Below the pieces are notes generated by a model that was not told the origin of the DNA, ran no database searches, and saw nothing but the letters and a program-made list of their open reading frames with translations. Below are positions 1 to 13,216 of a stretch of DNA of 64,000 bases, one piece after another. This stretch comes from Eledone cirrhosa. Its lineage: Eukaryota. The DNA lies in contig OZ024740.1 in NCBI GenBank assembly GCA_964016885.1, positions 226,982,001 to 227,046,000 of the forward strand. The letters run 5' to 3'. Both the position numbers and the translations under genes were made by a program. Positions within the stretch are counted from its first letter, which is position 1. Each line of letters starts with the position of its first letter.

Positions 1-67
1 GCAGTTTCAACTTGAGTTTTCAGCAAGCCGGTCTCAGCACTGCAGACTCTCTCTCTCCATATATAAT

Positions 68-235
68 AATAATTGTTTCTACTTTTGGCACAAGGCCAGC
101 AATTACCCAGTGTATTACTGATACTTTATTTTATTGACCCCATAAAGATGAAAGGCAAAGTTAACATCGGCGGGATTTGAACTCAGAATGGCAAGGGCCG
201 TAACTCTGTGCGTCAAAGCATGGTGTCCAACCCTG
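68..235 (-). mobile_element. tRNA-derived SINE family A (Deu/Nin-like central domain), 5'-truncated
   Basis: Reverse complement of the unit at 8413-8600 (gagttcaaatcccgccga...tttgcctttcatc...ggggtcaataaaataaagt...gccttgtgccaaaagtagaaacaatt). Confidence 0.85.
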
Positions 236-402
236 TTACATAAATCATTTATTCATTATAATTATTTCAACAGTTCTCCCATGCAATCAAGATGTAATTC
301 AATCAAGTATCCTCAGATGAAATTCGATTTCGTGATATGCCACCAGCAGGAAAAAACATGTCCTTTTGTTCGTGTGTCCAGCAGACATATATATATATAT
401 AT

Positions 403-558
403 ATCATCATCATCATCATCATCTTTTTACGTCCGCTTTTCCCTGCTTGCAAGGGTGGGACGGGAACTGATTCTGGCTTGATTTCTACAGCTGGATGCCC
501 TTCCTACCACCAACCTCATTTACAGTGAGTGCTGGGTGTTTTTTTCCATGGCGCCTAC
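403..558 (-). mobile_element. RTE-type 3' tail fragment ending in (TGA)n
   Basis: Near-identical to 43404-43585 and the reverse complement of 49255-49402; shares ctacagctggatgcccttccta with the RTE 3'UTR at 6053-6300. Confidence 0.8.
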
Positions 559-674
559 ATGTCATATATATATATATATATGCATATGCAGTTTTCCATG
601 AGTAAGGCACCATTTGAAAAAAGTTTCATATGATAAATCGTAAAGGATTTATCAAATGTATGGCACCTATAAGT

Positions 675-740
<66 letters not shown>

Positions 741-1104
741 TCACATATGTGATTGAGTGTGTGTGTGTCTGTGCAGGTGTGTGTGTGTTTCTGTGTCTGA
801 ATATCTATATTCCCATGTTGTTGCTTTAATAACCAACACAAAAATATATTCTGATTTCGAAACCTGAACATAAAAATAAATAAATAACTGATGAAAAAAA
901 AAACTGCAAAAAGTCAAAGAACAAGCCAAAATGTTGTTAAAGAATATCATGACAGTGCTGACATAGCAATATGTTCTAAGACTGAAAATATTTGGTGAAG
1001 GCTTTCAAGGATATTATAAGCTACTTCAAAAAAGGTCAAGTGGAAAAAGAAACTACAACACAACAAAACCTAGCAATATATATATAATACTATTTCTTGT
1101 ATTG

Positions 1105-2060
1105 CTGCAGCTGGTGGTGTTGGTGTGGTTGAGGTCGTTGTTTGCTCTTGTTGTTGTTGTTTGTGGTGGTGGTGGTGTTGGTGTTGGTGTTGGTGTGATG
1201 AGGTCGTTGTTTGCTCTTGTTGTTGTTGTTTGTGGTGGTGGTGGTGGTGGTGTTGGTGTGATGAGGTCGTTGTTTGCTCTTGTTGTTGTTGTTTGTGGTT
1301 GTGGTGGTTGAGGTCATTGTTTGCTCTTGTTGTTGTTGTTGCTGTAGACATGCTGTTGTTGTTATTATTGTTTTTGTTGTTCGTTTTATATTTATTGTTG
1401 TTTTGAGGTTGAGGTGGCTGTTTGCTCTTGTTGTTGTTGTTATGCTGTTACTGCTGCTGTTGTTGTTATTATTGTTTTTTGTTGTTCTTCTATTTATTGT
1501 TGTTGTGAGGTGGAGGCGTTTGTTTTTGTTGTTGTTGTAGACATGCTGTTGTTGTTGTGGAAGGGAGTGTTTGTTTGTTGTTATTCTTAATATATTTGTT
1601 ATGAACGGGGGGGGGGGGGGGGGGGTTGTAGTTGTTGTTGTTGTAGTTCTTGTTCTTGCTATAGTTGTAGGCGAAGTTATAGTTGCTCTTAATAGAGCTG
1701 TTATAGCATTTGTTGTTGTTGATATAGTTGTTGCGGCTGTTCTTGTTGTAGTAGGTGTTGTTGTTGTTGTTGTTTTCTGAAGTCATTGATGTGCTGTGTT
1801 TGAAAAAACATTGCTTTTGTTGTTGAGGATGTGTATGATTAGCGGGAGTTGTGTGTGTATGTGTGTGTGTGGAGGAGCAGGTGGTGTAATATTCACCTCT
1901 GTTGTGATGATGATGGTAGTGTTGTAGGTAGGGGGGACATGTAATAAAGGTGGTACTGTTGTTATTGCCTTCTTTTTGTTGCTGTTGTTGTTGTCTTTGT
2001 TAATGTTATTACTGTTGTTGTTGCTCTTGTCATTGATGTTGCTGTTGCTTTCATCGATGT
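1105..2060. repeat. (GTT/GGT)n low-complexity tract with a ~63-69 bp higher-order unit
   Basis: gaggtcgttgtttgctcttgttgttgttgtttgtggtggt recurs about 4 times at 1130-1345, then degenerates. Confidence 0.9.
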
Positions 2061-2112
2061 AGGCTGTTATTTTTATTGATCGAGATCTTATTACTGTTTT
2101 ATACAGGTGTTT

Positions 2113-2325
2113 TTGTTGTTTAACCTTAGCTCAGCCTTGGTCGATTACATCTATGATCAAAGGCATTTCAGCCATGAACAGCCTTTTTTTTTCCTTTTAA
2201 CTTTTTTTTTTGTACAGACATAGTGTATCTAGGATCACTGGCAATATCCAATATATCTTTGCTTTAAGACAATAGGAGGATTTGGCTGTTATTTTTAGCA
2301 AGTCAAGCGACCATATTGAGGTTCT
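2113..2325. repeat. Dispersed ~200 bp repeat family D (unclassified, SINE-like)
   Basis: gttgtttaacc..tcagcc..gatcaaaggcatttcagccatga...gatttggctgttatttttagcaagtcaagcgacca recurs in diverged form at ~27825, 29258-29460, 29480-29625 and 38090-38230. Confidence 0.65.
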
Positions 2326-3027
2326 CTTGTCTTGTTATCACTGTTGTATCTGTTGGCATTGTTGATGGTGCTGCTAGATATAATAAAATTAGTTTACAAT
2401 ATAACAGTTGTAACATCTTAATAGATTTGGTTTCTTGCTTGATTTTCTTTTTTCTTTATATTAACTCCATACACTCACACACACACAGCACCACCTACAG
2501 CTAACTTTTTCTTCTTTATATAAACTCCACCATCACACACATATTCCACCCACTCCACCTCACCTTTTTTTCTTTATGTTATTTTTTTTATTTTTTTTTT
2601 TATTCCTGCTCTTATAGCAGCCAATGGGAACATGTCTTGGAGGGAGCATGACTAAGTGCTTAAGTGTGCCTATTTTCTGTTTGATTTTTTATTATCCTTC
2701 AGGGTGAATAAATATGCCACTTGATTATCAAAGGAAATTGCTGAGAATCAACCATGAGTTGCTAATCAACTTTAAACATAATTAGCATACTGTTTAGGAA
2801 TAGCTTCAGTTGTTTCAACAAGTTTTAAAAAAGGCAAGCTTGAGGTTAGGGTTAGGATATGGGTTAAGTTAAGGTTAAATGGAAGTGTCTGGACTTAAAT
2901 CTGTCTGGGAGTTTTAATATAAAATAAAATTAGTGTAAGAACTTCTGTTTAGGTTATGGTTAGTATTAACAATTTGAACCCACTGGCTTGTTATTCTGGC
3001 TCTGACAATGTTTGATATTCTTTTCTT

Positions 3028-3208
3028 TGGCAGTATCGGTAGAGGGTCGGACGCCATGCTTTCCAGCATAGTTACGTCCCTTTACGATCTGAGTTCAAAT
3101 CCCGCCGAGGTTGACTTTGCCTTTCATCCTTACGGGGTCGATAAAACAAAGTACCAGTAATGCACTGGGTAATAGCTGGCCTTGTGCCTAAAGTAGAAAC
3201 AATTATTA
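3028..3208 (+). mobile_element. SINE family A
   Basis: A-box-like tggcagtatcggt, B-box gagttcaaatcc, core gactttgcctttcatccttacggggtcgataaaa, short (att) tail. Confidence 0.9.
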
Positions 3209-5463
3209 TTTACAGTACTTTCTGCTAGAATCAGCAATCCTTTTACATCATTGCTTCAGTTCATTCTAATTCCTTTTGGAAGACATTGCCAGCATTTTTA
3301 TGAAATTCATACATTTATCTATATTTTTTTTCCATTTTTTTGGAGGTCCATATTTCTAATGAAAGAAACTGCCTATGATTTTCAAATCATTTTGAAAATT
3401 ATCAAGAATTTGAAGGGATTTAGTAATATAATTAACTTCCTGACATTTAGAATATAATTTAAGAAAGGTTCTTGCATGAAATTATGGTGGAAGATATTTA
3501 GATAAATATAAGCGCTATGATAAACAGCTTAGAATCATAAGAACAGGGGTGATTTCAAGTACTTTGCTATCAAGATATTACTTTTTCAGTGATTCCCATG
3601 TGGATACCTAAGGTTGGGGACCACACAAGTGGTAGGGACTCAAGTTTCAGGGAGTCAAATTAAGGTTAAAGGAAATGTCTGTTCTTAATCCATGCCAAAG
3701 TTTGGATATAAATTATGATTAGTTTGTATTAAGTTATAGTTGTTAGTGTTAACTTTTAAAATCCTCTAATGATTTAGAAGAAAATATTTTAAAATGTATG
3801 ATAATTCAAATATTTATAGAAGATAGATTGTTAAAAAAATTGGCAGAATTATTAATTTTAATTTTAAATATGATATTGTTATAGTGCTGATTTGTACTCT
3901 TTGTGAATGTCTTGCTAGTGCTGTTTCATATGGTATAGGACATTAAGAGTTAATATATGAAATTTGGTTGAAGTTAATGATGAGCTAGATACAGGCTTTA
4001 GGATTTTAGTTAACCTTTCGAATCTTGATTCCCTACTTCATATGCACATCTTCAACCCTGGCTGATAGCACAAAAATCCCTGAAACTTGGCCGATAGCAC
4101 AAAGATCCCTGGCCAGCTTGGTAAATCAGTGGCTCTGCTTCGGTACTGACTTGGTCTATGTGGACCTTTCCAGCCCTTGCTAGCAGGGAAAGCAGACGTT
4201 AAAATGATGATGATGATGATGATAATGAACTAGGGTAGTTTTTGGCAAATTGGCATTAAATGTGTTAATATTGAGTGTAAAGATGATAAATAGATGTAAG
4301 GTAGATGTTATTATTTGAGTTTGTGTTAGTGTAATTGAAGGCTTTTCATGACATTCCTGTTTAGGCTTGGGAATTTGAGGTAAATTTGCAGGTGCTTTTC
4401 TAAAATCTAGAAATTTTGCTTCACTGAAGAGAGGCAACCATATTAGCAAATATTGTAATAAGGAATTCAGGGATTTCGATAAATGACGAGATCTTGTGTG
4501 TGATGTGTTCTGTTATAAAGGGTGAATTATGTGTATGTGTAATCTGTACAGCTGTATATGTATGTTACGCTTTCATGTGTGATGTGGCATCTTGTGAGTA
4601 TAATGCGTTATGTATGTATGCATGTAAGTGAGGCAGGACAGACAGACAGATGTTGCCTGTATGTTTCTGTGTGTGTGTGTGTGTTTGCATGTTTGCAGGT
4701 CTGTTATAAAGTGCTATGACAGAATTCTTGCTATTTCTATGTGTTCCGGTGTATAGTGTAAAATGTTGGTATGATGGCGGAAGATGCTTTAGTATGTGCG
4801 ATTTATGCTTTCTAGTGTTCAGGTTTGTGTGTTTGTATGTGTACATATGTGTACGTGTCTGTATAATAGTGGTTTGGTATGCACGGTGTGTGATCAAATA
4901 AATGAAACACAAGATCAAATGCAGTGTGTTCAGGAATGTCATTTGTGCAATTTGGAGCAGTGTGTATTCTAGCATGTGGTGCCTGTTCTCTGTGTTTATG
5001 TATAATATATAAATGGTGTGTGGTGTGTATGGTGTGTGGTATTTTTAGTCTGGTATGTGTGGTATGTTCTGACATACCCCTCCCTGTTGCCTCCCACAAA
5101 ATTGTGTTCAGAGTTGCATGGATTAATATCAGTTGCAGCTGCTCTTCTTTACCAAAGTAGACACACCCTGCAGAAATGATGTGACAGAATGGTACCATTA
5201 GCTGTAATACACTAACACTACAAGAATTCTACTCTTTGTTGTTAAGCAACCGGTTTCTTTTATAGTATTTATTGCAAGAAAGATTTTACCATATATTATC
5301 ACCACAGTATAGAAAATGTGAAGATTATAAAGTTACATATTTCAAGAAAGACATTGACATCTATCCATGAGTAAAAAAATAAACTGACTAAACATTGAAT
5401 ATATATTGAAAGAATGGTAAATAAACATGTAAATGTTTGCATGCATATATATATATTACTACG

Positions 5464-5496
<33 letters not shown>

Positions 5497-5500
<4 letters not shown>

Positions 5501-5680
5501 TCTACTTTAGGCACAAGGCCAGCAATAACCCAGTTCATTACTGGTACTTTATTTTATCGACTCCGTAAGGATGAAAGGCAAAGTCAACCTCGGCAGGATT
5601 TGAACTCAGACCGTAAAGGGACGTAACTATGCTGGAAAGCATGGCGTCCGACCCTCTACCGATACTGCCAATCCACCGCC
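5497..5680 (-). mobile_element. SINE family A, full length
   Basis: Reverse complement matches 3028-3208 with only a few mismatches; begins ggcggtggattggcag. Confidence 0.9.
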
Positions 5681-5777
5681 TATATATATATATAGCGTAG
5701 TAATAGGTTGGTAAAAAGATATCCAAGATATAGAACAACTCAAATCCATAGGGCAAGTTTAAATATAATTATTAATG

Positions 5778-5950
5778 GTAATTATTAAAACGGTCACATA
5801 CCAGGTACATATGTTTCATTAGTCTTGAGGACTAACTTGTTCAACCTTTGTGTTTTACCAGTTCATTTTCATCAGCATAGGATGAACAAGTTGGTCCTCA
5901 GGACTAAGGAAACATATACACCTGGTATGGTGCCATTGTAGTAACTGGCC
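5778..5950. repeat. Palindromic MITE-like hairpin
   Basis: Arms ataccaggtacatatgtttcattagtcttgaggactaacttgttca / tgaacaagttggtcctcaggactaaggaaacatatacacctggtat. Confidence 0.75.
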
Positions 5951-6018
5951 TTAATACTTTCTTTTGAAGAATGAAACAGTAGTTCTAGTCCTGTAGAAGG
6001 CATTTTTATATTAAATTT

Positions 6019-6052
<34 letters not shown>

Positions 6053-6054
<2 letters not shown>

Positions 6055-6985
6055 ATCATCATCATCATCATCAACGTTTAACGTCCGTGTTCCACGCTTG
6101 CATGGGTTTGGACGGGGGTAGTCCCACTTGAGGCAAGAGTGATTGTCTTGCTCGCATAGGACTGTCTGGCAGGTTTTCTACAGTTGGATGCCCTTCCTAA
6201 CACCAACCACATTTAGAGTGTGGGGCTGGGAGGTTTTTACCGTGTTGCCTACACGGCCACATTACAGCGTGGACTGTGTGTTTTTTTGTCGTGACACCTA
6301 CACGATCTCATTTGTTTCGGCCTGGATGGCGCGGCACCAACATAACTTTACATAGAATGGGGTGGTGTGGATGGGGTGGGGGGGGGGTGTATTTTGTTAG
6401 AGATGCCTACTGGCTGGAGTAGGTTTTACTATATATTTAGGTAAGGCGGGTCTTCTCTGTTACTGAGTACCGCCAAAGGTCTCGGTCCAGTGACATTGTC
6501 TTGGAGAGGTGTAAGTGTGTGATGTCGGAGTTTATCAGCTCGTCCCAGGTTTTTCTAGCTCTGCCTATTCCATGACTACCGTCTATCTTTATTGCCCTGC
6601 ACTTTGTTATACAGCTATCGACTTTCATGCGCATCACGTGTCCGTACCAACGTAGCCTTCTCTCGAGTAAACAACATCTGATCCCTCTTATCTCTAATTT
6701 TTTCCTTAGTTCGTTTATGCTTTGCCGTTCACGTATATTACTGTTACACATCCAGCGGAGCATGCAAGCTTCGTTCCTCTCTAGTCTGCGTATATCCTCT
6801 GCACACAATGCCCAGGTCTCACTGCCATGCAACATTGCTGTTCGTATGCAGGCATCGTACAACCTGCCTTTCATTTTTAGGGAGAACCCTTTAGCAGCTA
6901 ATAGTGGTATAAGCTCTCTGAACTTTTTCCAACCAGTTCTGACTCTAGCTACAGTACTTTCAGAGCACCCTCCCCCCCACTGCTG
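6053..6985 (-). mobile_element. RTE-clade LINE, 5'-truncated: C-terminus of the RT ORF, 3'UTR and (TGA)n tail
   Basis: Open frame SESTVARVRTGWKKFRELIPLLAAKGFSLKMKGRLYDACIRTAMLHGSETW...MLRWMC...RRLRWYGHVMRM...GRARKTW, typical of the RTE post-RT region; stop at 6437. Confidence 0.93.
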
Positions 6986-7822
6986 ATTTTACACACACAC
7001 ACATATATATATATATCATTGTCATTTAACATCCACATCCCAGCTAGCAAGGCGTGAACAGGTCTTCTCAGACAAAGTCAATGCTGAAACAGAGCTACTG
7101 ACCTCTCAGACAGACCAAGGGTTTGTGATTTTACTTCCATACAGTTCCATGTTCTACTAAATGCATTGTATTGTGGCTCCAACACTAGAGAGGTTTACAT
7201 GTTTTTCTTCTTCTTTGTCTATGTCCACCCATATTTATAAAATGTTCTATCTGGTGCTTTTTAAAAATATTTTCTAACCCTTTGTAATCATAATTTTAAT
7301 GGAATGCACTCTATATCCTTTAATTATTTCTTAACCTTCTGTACCACATAAAACTACAGTAACAGAACATTCTTGAAAAGTAAAATTCAACACTACTTTA
7401 AAATTGCACATTACTTTAGCATTGTAATTTTTTTATAAGACTATGTCCACTATGAACATTTGAATTAACAGACACAATTTTTAGATAATTTTAGCTAAAT
7501 CATTACAGGTTGTCATGAATTAACGAAGTATTTTGAGTATAATTTACTAAAATTATTGTCTCATCTCTCAGGTAATAATTTAAAATATGATTCTTAGATA
7601 AAATTATATTGGAAATATTTTAAATTTCAATAGAAGCCATTTAAAAGGGGTTTGTTTTTGTTTCATAGAACCAGAGCTAGTTTTGGCCAGTTTGGGTTTG
7701 TGTTGGATGGTATAGGCCAGTTTGGTATTATAACATAATTTGCTGCGAGGAATCTTTGTTTTCCTTAGTGATTCAAAAACTGAATGCTTTATAAAGAATT
7801 TATCATTATCATGATAAACTGA

Positions 7823-7900
<78 letters not shown>

Positions 7901-8412
7901 GAACCAATAATAACGTAAAGTTAGAAAACATTAAACTATATGCATATACATATATATCTCATGTGATCAGTTGAATAATGTCTCCTGAGAAAGAAAATTT
8001 GTTGCAGTTTATAATTTGGCTGGCTTTCAACAATCCTTTGACATTATAGAACCATTCTCATTGGAGCCATTGCTACTGTGATATGGTTTTTGATAGATAG
8101 AAAGATAGATAACATAGACCAGTTTTAATTCCCAGTCACATCTATGTTGCTTAGATTGGGAAAAACATGTTGTTGTGGTTGTTATTATCATTATAATAAC
8201 TAGATGAGGATGATGTCTTCTCTCTCTATCTGTCACACACACACACACTCCCTCTAAACAAATGGTGTTCCTTTACTCCCTCTATCTCTGTACACTTCTC
8301 TACTGCTGTGTGCACCCCCTCTCTATATGAATTGAACTTGATTGCCAGATGGACGGATGGCCAGACAACACTCATTTTGTAATATAAATTATTATTATTA
8401 TTATTACTAAAA

Positions 8413-8813
8413 GGGCGGTGGATTGGCAGTATCGGTAGAGGGTCGGACGCCATGATTTCCAGCAAAGAGTTACGGCCCTTTATGGTCTGAGTTCAAATCC
8501 CGCCGAGGTTAACTTTGCCTTTCATCCTTACGGGGTCGATGAAATAAAGTACCAGTAATGCACTGGGATAATTGCTGGCCTTGTGCCAAAAGTAGAAATA
8601 ATTACTATTATTACTATTATTATTAGGGCGGTGGTTCGGCAGTATCGGTAGAGCATCAGACACCATGCTTTGCAGCATAGGGGTTATGGTCCTATACATT
8701 CTGAGTTCAAATCCCACCAGGTTAACTTTGCTTTTCATCCTTACAGGGTCAATAAAATAAAGCACCAGTAATGCTCCGGGGTTATTGCTTGCCTTGTGCC
8801 AAAAATAGAAACA

Positions 8814-8846
<33 letters not shown>

Positions 8847-9060
8847 GGATTGGCAGTATCGGTTGGACGCCTGACAACATGCTTTGCGGCAGAGTTACAG
8901 CCCTTTACGTACCGATTTCAAATCTCGCCGAGGTTTGCTTTGCCTTTCATCCTTACGGGGTCAATAAATAAAACACCAGTAATGCACTGGGGTCGAATTC
9001 ATCGACTTTCCCTCCCCTTCAAATTGCTGGCCTTGTGCCTAAAGTCGTAACAATTATTAT
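8413..9060 (+). mobile_element. Three head-to-tail SINE family A copies separated by (TTA)n
   Basis: Units at ~8413-8600, 8626-8815 and 8845-9055, each with B-box, core and tail. Confidence 0.9.
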
Positions 9061-9134
9061 TATTATTATTATTTTCATCATCATCATTATTATTGTATTG
9101 TTATTACTATTATTAACATTGTCATCATCATAGC

Positions 9135-9630
9135 CATTATCATCATCCTTTTTACATCCATTTTTTCATCCTTGTATGGGTTAGACAAATTCTCTCCATC
9201 CCAGTACCCAACTACTTGTCTCTTTCTTTTGTCATCTCTTTTGTGAGATCCACCATCCTAAAAATCACCCTTACCACCTCCTCTGATGTGGTCTTCCTTG
9301 GCCCACCTCTACTACGTCTTTTTTTTCCACTCGGAACTCCTGAAATTTTACCCATCAGTCATCATTTATATGCATTACATGTTCATACCAGCACAATCTT
9401 TTCCCTTACACATTAAATCTTGTCTCAACTTATCTGTGTTTCATCATTTATGTACACTACTATTTCACATCTATGTCTTCAATGCCCAAGTCTAACTTCC
9501 ATGCAACATCATACTACATACACATATACAAGCTATCATTTGCTTGAAGATAGAATCTCTTCATTGCTAACAAACGTAGTAGTTTTCTGAACCTTTGCCA
9601 CTCTGTTCTTACTCTGGCTACAATACTTTC
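9135..9630 (-). mobile_element. Old, degraded RTE 3' fragment
   Basis: (CAT)n plus a degenerate tail, with residual similarity to 6480-6960 (e.g. tactctggctacaatactttc vs gactctagctacagtactttc). Confidence 0.55.
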
Positions 9631-10084
9631 TATTATAGACTTTCAAAGTTACATATAGCTATCTATATAGCATGTCTACTTGTAATATGTTTCCTGTTTG
9701 ACAAGTTAACAATCCTGTTTTCTGAGACCATTTGTATGTTTGCAGTCTAATAGACAAAAGTAATCATCAATCAAGGCATCTTATCCTAATCATCACCCTA
9801 CGACTTATTAAATAGTCTATTGATCTCCAATGTGATGATTTGTAATGACTTGGTAATAATTAGGAATGCTTCTCAGGCAAAACTTATCAATGGGAAACAA
9901 ACTGGGAAAACATGACAAGCATTTCAATACTGTAACTTTGTCAATGGTGGAAAACAACATCTACCATCCTAAGATAAGAAATTCTGTAAGAATTACAGCT
10001 TTTAGCAACTTCATTTGGTGAAGTAGAAATGTTATTGATGATTATTGATGAGTTAGATTGGAAACATAATTTATAATTTTACAT

Positions 10085-10370
10085 TCAAATTCTCCAAATT
10101 GAGAGATCACAGCTTTGATTCTATGGGCATGTGGTTAGAATGTCTCAGAAAAGAATCACTGGACAGATTTTACAGGTAAAACCCAACCAGCAGGAAACCC
10201 ATGGGTAGACTCCAAGCAAGATGCTTAGATAACATCCATGAACTTGACTAGTCCCACTTGGGGATCCAGCTGGATGAATTGAAGACAGTTTCTTCTAACA
10301 GAACACACTAGGAGTTTTCGAGGACTCTGCCCCCACGACCCTCTCAGGAATAAGTGGGTGAAGAAGACAT
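10085..10370 (+). mobile_element. Degraded 3' end of an RTE/RTEX-like LINE
   Basis: Frameshifted translation FYGHVVRMSQKRITGQILQVKP..KPMGRLQARCLDNI...LPPRPSQE*. Confidence 0.7.
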
Positions 10371-10606
10371 TCAAATTGGAATGATTTTTTCCAACACTGA
10401 TTTGATATTGTTATGAAATAATAAGATATAACATGTTTATCTCTGAGAACTTAATAACAAACAGATCGTTAAATACAGACAAGAAACGTTCTGGGCACCG
10501 CTGCATCATGAACATTATCAATGAAAGATTATCAAAAATATAATATAAGATGTGAAGGGAATTTATGAAATTTATGTAATTTGTTTCATTTGAAAGATAT
10601 AAATAT

Positions 10607-10802
10607 AATAATTGTTTCTACTTTCGACACAAGGCCAGCAATTTGAAGAGGAGTGGCAAGGTTGATTAAACCAACCCTAGTGTGTTACTGGTATTTTATT
10701 TTATCGACCCTGTAAGGGATTTCGACTGAGAATGTAAAGGGCTGTAACTATGCCCAGAGCATGTTGTCTGAAACTCTACCAATACTGCCAATCCATTGCC
10801 CT
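10607..10802 (-). mobile_element. SINE family A, diverged
   Basis: aattgtttctactttcgacacaaggccagc...tttatcgaccctgtaagg...ctaccaatactgccaatcc. Confidence 0.8.
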
Positions 10803-11149
10803 ATATAATAATGATGATAATAAAAATAATTATTTCTAACATTGGTTCAAAGCCAGTGAAAAGGGTTAATTGTAAATCAATCCCCAGTATTTGGCTTGTA
10901 CTTTATTTTATAAAGGTTGGTGGGGTGGGTGAAAGGTATGATTCAAACCAGAACAAACACCACAAAGCAAGCAGTTTCTCTAAAGATTCTGTGAAAACAA
11001 TAATAACAATGATAATGATTTGTACTTTTCAGAAGGGGAAAGTCAATTAAACTGACCCCAGTACATTACTGGTATATTATTTTATTGCCCTGGGAGGATG
11101 AAAAGCAAAGTTGACACAACAATAATAATAATTAACTGATACACAAAGT

Positions 11150-11955
11150 GAGATTGGACAGAAAGCCAACAATGTCTCAAAGCAATGACTAACAGAAGCG
11201 AAGGCTTGATTTTAGCTCAATAGGAGTTATACCTAGCCTAAAACCATTTAAAACAATAATATAATGGAACAAAAGGCTAACATTAAGTGCTGGCTATGGA
11301 TGAGGTGATGTATGACAAAGTTGGAGCTTTTTATGAATTAGAAATTATGCCAGCATTATGAAATATCAATTGAAAAAGATGACACAAACTTGCACCGCAG
11401 ATGATCTCAGAGAATGACAAAATAACCATACTTTGGGGCATGACAAGTTGTAAAGACAGAGAGATTAAAGCAAATCTAGCAGATGTTGCTGTTAAAGACT
11501 TTCAGGAAAAGAAATATTTTCTAATCGATGGATTAATTCCAAAAGACACTCAATGTATTTTTAAAAAAGAAATGGAGAAACTACCAAATATAAATATCTA
11601 GAAATTAAAAAAAAAGAGAATGCAGAAATTGAAAACAGAAACAATCCTTATAATAATAGGTGCCTTAGGAATGATACAAAAATTATGTAGACAAATACAT
11701 AACCAAAACTACAGGACTTACACATATACACAATGTAGAGAAAATAGCCCAACTAGGCACAGCAAGTATTTTTAATACAATAGATACGCATAAAGACAAA
11801 ACAAAACCCAGATCATGCTCAAGGCGCACAGAGCTGCACTTGATTATACAGTGAAAGCATGCAATAAAAATATAACTACTGAAATAATAATGATAATAAT
11901 AATAATAATAACAACAACAACAACAACAACAAAAAATAATAACAAAATAACAATA
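11150..11955 (+). mobile_element. R4/Dong-type LINE 3' fragment (restriction-like endonuclease) with (TAA/CAA)n tail
   Basis: ENDKITILWGM..DREIKANLADVAVKDFQEKKYFLID..IP...KEMEKL.KY..LEI...IIIGALGMI...EKIAQLGTA, a degenerate PD-(D/E)xK RLE domain with frameshifts. Confidence 0.85.
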
Positions 11956-12129
11956 AGTAATTATCTGTTAGCAGATTTTAAATAAGAAAATATATATATA
12001 TATATAATTGGAAAAAAAGGAACCTTGTTTCCTGTGTAATGATTCCATTAAGAATTCCGATAGAAAGGCCTGTAGCCTTGTACATACATGTATGTTTATA
12101 GATGCATTGTATTCTTAGTGCAAACCAAT

Positions 12130-12303
12130 ATATCTGCATGTATATATATATATATAAATATATTCGCATATATATATATATATTTATATATACATACATA
12201 TATAGATACACACACACATATATATATATTTATATATATATACATACACATACATAGATACATATATACATATATGTTATATGTATATATATATATATAT
12301 ACA

Positions 12304-12346
<43 letters not shown>

Positions 12347-12349
12347 ATG

Positions 12350-12405
<56 letters not shown>

Positions 12406-12497
12406 AATGTATATATATATAAATGTATATATAAATATATATAAATATATATATATTTATATATACATTTATATATATATACATTTATATATATATA

Positions 12498-12567
<70 letters not shown>

Positions 12568-12680
12568 CATAGATACATATATATATATATATATACATAT
12601 ATGTATATATATATGTATATATATATATATATTTATACATACACACACACATATATATATACACACACACACACACACAA
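12130..12680. repeat. (TA)n/(CA)n microsatellite array
   Basis: Read directly from the sequence. Confidence 0.97.
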
Positions 12681-12996
12681 AGGAAACTTCTTTCTTTACC
12701 TGCTAAAAGATTTGGCATAGACTCCAGAAGTAAAAGTCAATAAGATGCTGAACTGAAAAGATTTTCATTCAAATTCTAACACTGGCACTGTACAAGTTCT
12801 TCATAAATCTATGTATGTAAATAGTTGGGCACATCAACAGTATTGCATCCTGAAGTTATTGGATGTTTCATTCAGGTTTAAAAGCATTCATTCTCATCCA
12901 AGTAAACTTACCATGTTTAATGAAGTCTCAACCTGTGTCCCAATGACATGCTACTGATCCTACCTGTTACCTCTTTTCAGCCTGAGTGATCTAGAT

Positions 12997-13216
12997 CAAG
13001 CATGTCAAACATGAGGCCCACGGGCCACGTGCACCCCTTTAGAAGCACACCTGTGGCTCACAGAAAGGTTTTTACTGCGCGAGCATGTTTTATCTTTGTA
13101 ATATAAAATTTTTAAAAATTAGTTGTAATGTGCACAATTATTTGTCGTGTGTGGCCCTCAGACAATACATATGTGACCCATGTGACCCTCGGGGGACCCT
13201 CAGTTTGACATGTCTG
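12997..13216. mobile_element. hAT (Charlie-like) MITE, 220 bp
   Basis: TIRs caagcatgtcaaac / gtttgacatgtctg; 8-bp TSD atctagat / gtctagat matching the NTCTAGAN target preference; subterminal ggccc motifs. Confidence 0.85.

Noticed and set aside
2843-2880. TTAGGG-like telomeric repeats
   Set aside because: Only a few degenerate units; not an interstitial telomere array.
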